Source: Vulcanimicrobiota bacterium
GTDB taxonomy: Bacteria > Vulcanimicrobiota > Vulcanimicrobiia > Eremiobacterales > Eremiobacteraceae
Assembly: GCA_963812135.1 (NCBI GenBank)
Contig: CAWETU010000001.1
Location: 1,472,001-1,536,000, forward strand
Reading direction: 5' to 3'
DNA: 64,000 nt
The notes below the pieces were generated by a model. That model made no database searches and was not told where the DNA came from. It was given only the letters and a program-made list of their open reading frames with translations. Within the stretch, counting starts at the first letter, position 1. Every line of letters begins with the position of its first letter. Position numbers and translations under genes: made by a program. Positions 58,314 through 64,000 of the stretch are shown here, one piece after another.

Positions 58314-59392
58314 GCGCGCCGCAGCCGCTTTCGCTGTTGGCCGAACTCACGTATCGCTGCAATCTCCAATGCCCATACTGCTACAACCCGCTCGATCTGC
58401 ACGCGTACCGCGACGAGCTTGACGAGGCGGCCTGGCTGCGCGTCATTGACCAAGCCGCGGCGCTCGGGGTGCTGCAGGTCCATTTTTCGGGCGGCGAGCC
58501 AACGCTGCGGCCCGACCTGCTCGTGGCGCTCGTCCGGCGCGCGCGCGAACGACAGCTCTACTCGAACCTTATCACGCAGGGCACGTTTCTCGACGACGCG
58601 TTGCTCGACCGGCTGCTGGCAGCCGGTCTCGATCACGTCCAGATCAGTTTGCAAGGCGTCGACGCGCCCGCAGCAGAGCGCATCGCGGGCACCGACGTGC
58701 ACGATCGAAAGATCGCGGCGCTCGAGCGCGTCCTGGCGCGCGATGTCGCGGTCACGCTGAACTATCCGCTGCATCGCCAGAACATCGAAACCGTCGCCGA
58801 TGCGATCGCGCTGGCTGAACGTCTCGGCGTGCGCAGGCTCGAGCTCGCAAACGTGCAGCTCTACGGTTGGGCGTTTCTCAATCGCGCGGGTTTGCTACCG
58901 TCGCGCGAACAGGCTGCGGCTGCCGACGCGATTGTCCGCAGCGCGCAGCAGCGACTCGCCGGGAGCATGGAAATCACGTACGTCTTAGCCGACTACTACG
59001 AGCAATACCCCAAGCCGTGCATGCATGGTTGGGGGCAGCGCTTCATGACGGTGGTGCCCGACGGCCGCGTGTTGCCGTGCCCTGCCGCTGCGGCGATCAC
59101 CACCCTCACGTTTGACAGCGTTCGCGATACGTCGTTGGAAGATATCTGGCAGCGATCGAGCGCATTCGAGGCCTATCGCGGAACTTTATGGATGCCGCAA
59201 CCGTGCCGCTCGTGCCCGCGCAAAGAGATCGATTTCGGCGGATGCCGCTGCCAAGCGTTTCTGCTCACTGGCGATGCGGGCGCAACCGATCCGGTCTGCA
59301 TCTTATCACCGCAACATCAGTTGGTTGAAGCATCCGCAGCGGCACGTTCAGCGGAGGCGTTGACCCCGCGCCGCATCAACGTCGGCACTTAG
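58310..59392 (+). CDS. pqqE: radical SAM PqqA peptide cyclase
   Basis: LAELTYRCNLQCPYCYNP, YGWA..NR, PKPCM.GWG and SPASM C..C.....DFGGCRCQA. Confidence 0.96.
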   Translation: MSAPQPLSLLAELTYRCNLQCPYCYNPLDLHAYRDELDEAAWLRVIDQAAALGVLQVHFSGGEPTLRPDLLVALVRRARERQLYSNLITQGTFLDDALLDRLLAAGLDHVQISLQGVDAPAAERIAGTDVHDRKIAALERVLARDVAVTLNYPLHRQNIETVADAIALAERLGVRRLELANVQLYGWAFLNRAGLLPSREQAAAADAIVRSAQQRLAGSMEITYVLADYYEQYPKPCMHGWGQRFMTVVPDGRVLPCPAAAAITTLTFDSVRDTSLEDIWQRSSAFEAYRGTLWMPQPCRSCPRKEIDFGGCRCQAFLLTGDAGATDPVCILSPQHQLVEASAAARSAEALTPRRINVGT

Positions 59393-59421
59393 AAAAAGGA
59401 CCGCGATCCATCACGTGCGCG

Positions 59422-59853
59422 CTAATGTGGCAGGCACGAATCGTGATCCTCGTCTGACATCATCGAGAGATCGGCGTTAGGGCTCTCGCGCTTGAAGTGG
59501 TAGACGCGTGTGGGTCCACCTAGCTGCACGTCCACGGCCCGTATGCCGCCATGTTCGAGCGAAAGCACCCAGGACGTATCGACGTTAAACGTTTTGGCCC
59601 CGTATTCGCTACCCTGGACAATCGCCATACCGCCATCGTTTGGCTTCGCGACCCAACAGCTCACCCACCAACCGTGGGTCGCAACATACAATCTCTTGCC
59701 GCGGAGCACTATATTCATCGACTCTGGTTTGCCGCGTGCCAATCCGCTAAATGATCCCACGTAGGCGCTTGGCGGATGTCCAGCTGCGTCGGTAGCTGAG
59801 GTGGCTGCGCTCGCCAAGGAGCGGGCAGCAAGGCATAGCGCGAGCATGACCAA
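59422..59853 (-). CDS. hypothetical secreted protein
   Basis: signal-peptide-like N-terminus; lower GC than flanks. Confidence 0.45.
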   Translation of the reverse strand: MVMLALCLAARSLASAATSATDAAGHPPSAYVGSFSGLARGKPESMNIVLRGKRLYVATHGWWVSCWVAKPNDGGMAIVQGSEYGAKTFNVDTSWVLSLEHGGIRAVDVQLGGPTRVYHFKRESPNADLSMMSDEDHDSCLPH

Positions 59854-59869
59854 GTCAGTTACCGCATAC

Positions 59870-60079
59870 TCAGCGGCGGTCGAACTTGCCCCAGTCGAAG
59901 CGCGTCACGTCGCCCGAAACGTGGACGACGCTGCCATCCGGCTGGACCAGTACTCGGACGGGCTCGACGCCTTTGAGCTCGACGAGAATCGCGCCGGTGC
60001 GCGTGGTGGCGCCGACGACGAAACCGTATTTCTTGAACTGCTTGATGATCTCGCGCTGTTTGTCGGGTTTGTCAGGCAT
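59870..60079 (-). CDS. hypothetical 69-aa protein
   Basis: genome-typical codon usage; co-oriented just downstream of the LuxR gene. Confidence 0.55.
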   Translation of the reverse strand: MPDKPDKQREIIKQFKKYGFVVGATTRTGAILVELKGVEPVRVLVQPDGSVVHVSGDVTRFDWGKFDRR

Positions 60080-60097
60080 GCATGGCGAGCATTGCCC

Positions 60098-60718
60098 TTA
60101 GAGCATCACAAGCCCTTGACGCGCGCCCAGCGTCACCGCTTCGGTGCGGCTGCCGGCGTGCAGTTTTGCGAAGATCGAGCCGACGTGGAACTTGACGGTG
60201 TGTTCGGAGATGCCCAAGCGCGAGGCGATGGCTTTGTTCGCCAATCCCTCGGCCATCATGCGCAGCACTTCGATCTCGCGAGCGGTGAGCGTGTGTTGCG
60301 CCCCGCGCCGCAGCGTCGCTGACCCGGCGGGCACGAGCGGCTCCGTCGCATCGGGGCTGAGCACGATGAAGCCGGCCGCGACTGCCGCGATTGCGGCCGC
60401 GAGATCCTGACCGTCGCGCGGCACGACGGCGCGCACACCGGCGCGCAACGCCGCGTTGGTCCATTGCGCATCCGGGCGGCCCACCAGCAACATCAGCGGT
60501 GGCCAGCTTCGCAGGTCGACGCCGGGCAACACGTCAGCGATCGGCTCATCGCCGTCGACTTCGAGAACCACGACATCGGGCGCGAGTGCGTCCACGCGAG
60601 CGTTCATGTCATCGCGCGGCAGCTCGTCATCGATCAGCGTCGCAACGCCGTCGGCGCGCAAGGCGTCGTCAATCTCTGCGCGCGTGAGCGGGGAACTTCG
60701 CAGCAAGACTCTCGTCAC
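60098..60718 (-). CDS. NarL/LuxR regulator with atypical receiver domain
   Basis: LTAREIEVL..MAEGLANK.IA..L.ISEHTVKFHV; PDVVVLE has Glu at the phospho-acceptor position. Confidence 0.9.
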   Translation of the reverse strand: MTRVLLRSSPLTRAEIDDALRADGVATLIDDELPRDDMNARVDALAPDVVVLEVDGDEPIADVLPGVDLRSWPPLMLLVGRPDAQWTNAALRAGVRAVVPRDGQDLAAAIAAVAAGFIVLSPDATEPLVPAGSATLRRGAQHTLTAREIEVLRMMAEGLANKAIASRLGISEHTVKFHVGSIFAKLHAGSRTEAVTLGARQGLVML

Positions 60719-61593
60719 GCGGCGGCGTCAGCCCCGCTATCCGACACGGCGAACGAGACGGGCACGTCGACCGTTGCCGGACCTCGCCGCACCGTCAACC
60801 GGAGTTCTCCATCGGCATCGGCAAGCGCATCGCTCAGATCGTCAGGCGCGAGCAGCGGCTTGCCGTCGAGCTGCACGATCGCGTCGCCTGGCAGCAATCC
60901 GCTGCGATGGGCTGCGCTGTCGGCGGCTACTTCAAAGACGAGCAGACCGAGCGCGGGAGCGCGTCCTGCGCCGACGTTCACCGGTTCCACCACGACACCG
61001 AGGCGCGGACGCGCGCGAGTGCCGCGCACGAACCGTTCGACGGCGTTGCTCGGGACCGCGACCGCGAGCCCGCCGTAGATCATGCTGTTGATGCCGATGA
61101 CTCGCCCGTGTGCGTCGGCGAGCGGACCGCCTGAGTTACCGGGGGCGATGCGCACGTCGGCCTGCAGCCAACGGACGCGCCTGCTTTGCGACGAGCCGGC
61201 CGCGAAGATGATGCCGCTGGTCACCGCGCCGACCAGACCAAGCGGATTGCCGACCGCGAGCACAAGCTGGCCCGGCCGCACGCGGTCTGAGTCCGCGATG
61301 GTGGCCGCCGGAAGGCCGGTTGCCGCCACGCGCAACGCAGCGACATCGCGTTCGTCATCTCGCGCAGTCAGCTCGGCGCGATGCTGGCTGCCGTCGCTGA
61401 ATTCCACGCTCAAGCGCTTGCCGCGAGCGACGTGTGCGTTGGTGATGATGAGTCCGTCAGCGCGCCAGATGACGCCCGACCCGCCGCCTGAGCGGTTCGT
61501 GTGCACCTGCACGGTGGTGCGACGCAGCGATTCTGCGAGTTCGGACGTGGCTGCGGCAGCGCCCGCGACGTGGCCGAGAACCATCGCGCTCAC
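60715..61593 (-). CDS. HtrA-like serine protease with PDZ domain (no signal peptide)
   Basis: TNAHV, D..RDVA and PGNSGGPL triad; C-terminal PDZ. Confidence 0.9.
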   Translation of the reverse strand: MSAMVLGHVAGAAAATSELAESLRRTTVQVHTNRSGGGSGVIWRADGLIITNAHVARGKRLSVEFSDGSQHRAELTARDDERDVAALRVAATGLPAATIADSDRVRPGQLVLAVGNPLGLVGAVTSGIIFAAGSSQSRRVRWLQADVRIAPGNSGGPLADAHGRVIGINSMIYGGLAVAVPSNAVERFVRGTRARPRLGVVVEPVNVGAGRAPALGLLVFEVAADSAAHRSGLLPGDAIVQLDGKPLLAPDDLSDALADADGELRLTVRRGPATVDVPVSFAVSDSGADAAA

Positions 61594-61594
61594 G

Positions 61595-62536
61595 TCAGTT
61601 CTCCTCTTCTTCCACGGCGCGCTCGCCAATCGTCACGACCGGTTCGGTGGCTTTGCCGCCGCGCACCACGCGCAGTTTTACTTGTGCACCGATGCGATCG
61701 CCGCCCAGCTGCGCGAGAATGTCGTCGGTGTCCTCGATCGTCGCTCCGTCAAAACCGATGATGATATCGCCGATGAACAGGCCTGCCTGCTCGGCCGGCC
61801 CGTTCGGCTCGATCGCCACGACGATCGCGCCCGAGTTCGCGTCCACGTTGGCGCTGCGGCGCAGCGCGTCGGACAAACGCACCGGCTGGAGTCCCACGCC
61901 GATGTACGCTCTGCCCGCGCGGCGTCCGCTGCTCAATTGATCGATGACGCGATCGACGGTCGCCTTCGGAATCGTGAGCTCGAAGCGGCGCGACAGCGCG
62001 GACGTGTTGATGCCGAGCACGCGTCCCGACACGTCGACCAACGGTCCGCCCGAAAACCCAGGGTAGAGGGTCAGATCGAGACTGATGAAGCGATCGATGT
62101 GGCCGCCGCGCCACGTGCGCCAGTGGCCGCTGACCGAGCTGATCACGCCGCTTGAGGCGCGCACGCCGTCTTCGGCATCGCGCGCGACGGCGAGCACGAA
62201 GTTCCCCGCCTTCAGCGCTTCGACGTCCGCGAACTGCGGCGCGGCGATCGCGGCCGACGAGTCGATCGTGAGGATCGCAAGGTCGGTATCGGGATCGCGC
62301 CCCGCGAGCGCAGCGGGCGCAGTGGTGCCGTCGGGCAACGTGATGCTGATGTCGTCGTCGCGGCGCACCGCGTGGTCGGCGGTCACGACAATGCCTGGCC
62401 GCCATAGCACGCCGCTCGAGCCGAGTCGATGGCGGGCGTGGACCGCGACGGTTGACGCGCCGGCGCGTTCGACCGCGTCAGCGAGGCCGTCGGACAGGCC
62501 GATCAATGGGTTTTCTTTTTCGGTGGTCGTGGACAT
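61595..62536 (-). CDS. HtrA-like serine protease with PDZ domain (no signal peptide)
   Basis: TADHAV, DPDTDLA and PGFSGGPL triad; C-terminal PDZ. Confidence 0.9.
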   Translation of the reverse strand: MSTTTEKENPLIGLSDGLADAVERAGASTVAVHARHRLGSSGVLWRPGIVVTADHAVRRDDDISITLPDGTTAPAALAGRDPDTDLAILTIDSSAAIAAPQFADVEALKAGNFVLAVARDAEDGVRASSGVISSVSGHWRTWRGGHIDRFISLDLTLYPGFSGGPLVDVSGRVLGINTSALSRRFELTIPKATVDRVIDQLSSGRRAGRAYIGVGLQPVRLSDALRRSANVDANSGAIVVAIEPNGPAEQAGLFIGDIIIGFDGATIEDTDDILAQLGGDRIGAQVKLRVVRGGKATEPVVTIGERAVEEEEN

Positions 62537-62645
62537 GAAATGCTTTCTCCGCTGGCGCGTCGCGGGGCTGATGCCCCGTCGATCATCACCAAGTATGACG
62601 CCGTGCGGAGAGGTCCGCTACCGGAAGAACTGCTAGGTCGCGCTG

Positions 62646-63014
62646 TTACGCCGCCGGGGTGCGTTCGCTCTTGCGGCGCTCTTCGCGCGCCGAGAGCAGC
62701 GCGACGGAATTGCGCGTCGCCCAATCATGCAGCTGATCCAGGATCGGCAGCAGATCGCGCCCGAGGTCGGTCAGCGAATACTCGACGCGCGGCGGGATCT
62801 CGGCGTGGACGCGTCGTGAGACGAGACCGTCGCCCTCGAGATCGCGCAGCTGTCTGGTCAGCACTTTTGGCGTGATGCCTTCAAGTGCGCGTTGCAATTC
62901 GCCGAAGCGCATCGTGCGCTGTCCAAGATGGAAAAGCACGATGACTTTCCACTTGTCCGCGATCATCGCCATCGTGCGTTGGATCGGACACGAGAGCTTC
63001 GTTTCGTACGTCAT
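62646..63014 (-). CDS. HxlR (DUF24) family winged-helix regulator
   Basis: CPI..T...IADKWK, RFGEL, LTRQLRDLE.DGLV and PPRVEYSLT motifs. Confidence 0.93.
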   Translation of the reverse strand: MTYETKLSCPIQRTMAMIADKWKVIVLFHLGQRTMRFGELQRALEGITPKVLTRQLRDLEGDGLVSRRVHAEIPPRVEYSLTDLGRDLLPILDQLHDWATRNSVALLSAREERRKSERTPAA

Positions 63015-63039
63015 GGCCCTACCTCGCTATCTTAGCGGG

Positions 63040-63054
63040 TATTGTTTGACAATA
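63040..63054. promoter_or_regulatory. inverted repeat TATTGT-TTG-ACAATA overlapping TTGACA; candidate HxlR operator
   Basis: perfect 6-bp arms in the divergent intergenic region. Confidence 0.4.
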
Positions 63055-63183
63055 AAGACACTGCTTTCCTTTCGCCCCTAAAGGGTATATAGTAGGCTGG
63101 CTGGCGAGCGAAGCGCCGCCCAGCCATAGCCCCGCGAGGGCCCGGAAACGGGCCTCCAAGCCCTGAGAAAGGCCTCTCCCGAT

Positions 63184-63618
63184 ATGGACCTCACCAAGAC
63201 CTACCCACGCAGCCCGAAGGCCAAATTAGCGGGTGTCGTCATGCTTGCCCGCACCACCGACAAGGCGCGCGCCAGCAACGCCGGAACCGTCGGCCCCTAC
63301 CACTTCGGCTGCGGCATGGACCGCCACGTCCTGGCGTTCGTCGGCTCCGATCCGGAGTCGTTCGCCAAGACGGTCGCCGCACTGGACGACGATGCGTCGA
63401 TCGAAGGATGGGCGCGCAAACTGCTGGCGAGCAAGACCGCTGCTGAGATCGAAGCGTTCAACACGGATTTCGCGCAGGACGGTCCAGAGCCCGGATCCGA
63501 CGCCGAGAAGTTCTTCGACGCCGAGAAACAACGCCTCGGACGCGATGACGTCACGGCGTGGTTCGAAGTGCTCGACCTCGACGAGGGTCGCGACGTGCCC
63601 CGGCGCGTCACAGTCTAA
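63184..63618 (+). CDS. DUF5069 family protein
   Basis: MDLT...PRSP...LAG...L.R..DKARA....G.Y.F.C.MD...LDLDEGR. Confidence 0.75.
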   Translation: MDLTKTYPRSPKAKLAGVVMLARTTDKARASNAGTVGPYHFGCGMDRHVLAFVGSDPESFAKTVAALDDDASIEGWARKLLASKTAAEIEAFNTDFAQDGPEPGSDAEKFFDAEKQRLGRDDVTAWFEVLDLDEGRDVPRRVTV

Positions 63619-63650
63619 CCCTGGCCCTGCGGCTTACTCTCGAAGAATCG

Positions 63651-63685
63651 GCGAGAAGAGCAGGCGCTATGCCTGTTCTTCTCGC
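63651..63685. terminator. long hairpin between convergent genes
   Basis: GCGAGAAGAGCAGGC-GCTAT-GCCTGTTCTTCTCGC. Confidence 0.65.
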
Positions 63686-63697
63686 TTAGGTCTCTCT

Positions 63698-63970
63698 CTA
63701 GTAACCCCATCTCTTCAAGAGTTTCTCGGCCTGATCCAATGAGAGATCGCGTTCGCTCGATCCGAAATAGTCGATATTCAATCGATTGAGAGGATAGCCA
63801 CTCACGTGGGAGATCTCATACGTAAGGCTAACGCTCTCGTGGAATGTTCCGTCGACTGTAGTGACCAGATTTGGTCCATCAAAGATCTCTTGTTCGCCTA
63901 TCCACACGAGACCGGTGGTGCTTTTCTTAAAGGCGATCGTGCGACAGCTCTTTGCGCAAATATGAAGCAT
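63698..63970 (-). CDS. hypothetical protein, low GC, probably extends beyond the window
   Basis: 90-aa ORF ending at the hairpin; composition differs from the rest of the window. Confidence 0.5.
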   Translation of the reverse strand: MLHICAKSCRTIAFKKSTTGLVWIGEQEIFDGPNLVTTVDGTFHESVSLTYEISHVSGYPLNRLNIDYFGSSERDLSLDQAEKLLKRWGY

Positions 63971-64000
63971 CGCGTCATAACCGTCGTTAGGCTTTGTCTC

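Overview
High-GC (about two-thirds by eye) bacterial chromosomal window, gene-dense and mostly on the + strand. It combines an outer-membrane secretin with Firmicutes-like genes (Amj, YqeG-aroE, a SigB/F/G-type sigma), which suggests a diderm Terrabacteria lineage such as Eremiobacterota/Vulcanimicrobiota (inference). Main blocks: (i) M16 peptidase, Amj and GT-C glycosylation genes; (ii) glpX-yqeG-aroE; (iii) a CDP-sugar/methyltransferase locus with a heptose-kinase-like gene; (iv) a type IV pilus locus (pilT, pilC, group-3 sigma, two pilins, pilD, Crp-family regulator, pilMNOPQ) followed by aroC, TPR proteins, aroK, aroB and priA; (v) rpsT, glmM, NlpC/P60, tRNA-Gln, ECF sigma/anti-sigma, citrate synthase and mdh; (vi) a stand-alone PilZ-PilB ATPase; (vii) xerC/D, pqqABCDE, and a pair of cytoplasmic HtrA proteases with a pseudo-receiver LuxR. 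About a dozen genes carry frameshifts that look like sequencing indels. Most notable signals: a shared sigma28/WhiG-type promoter motif in front of five pilus-related units, a CRP box at the pilin gene, a PilB whose MshEN motif is degenerate but which carries an intact PilZ domain, a palindromic REP-like element translated in frame inside a TPR protein, and small genes the ORF track misses or mis-starts (metallothionein-like peptide, pqqA). All calls come from motif recognition; no database searches were run.
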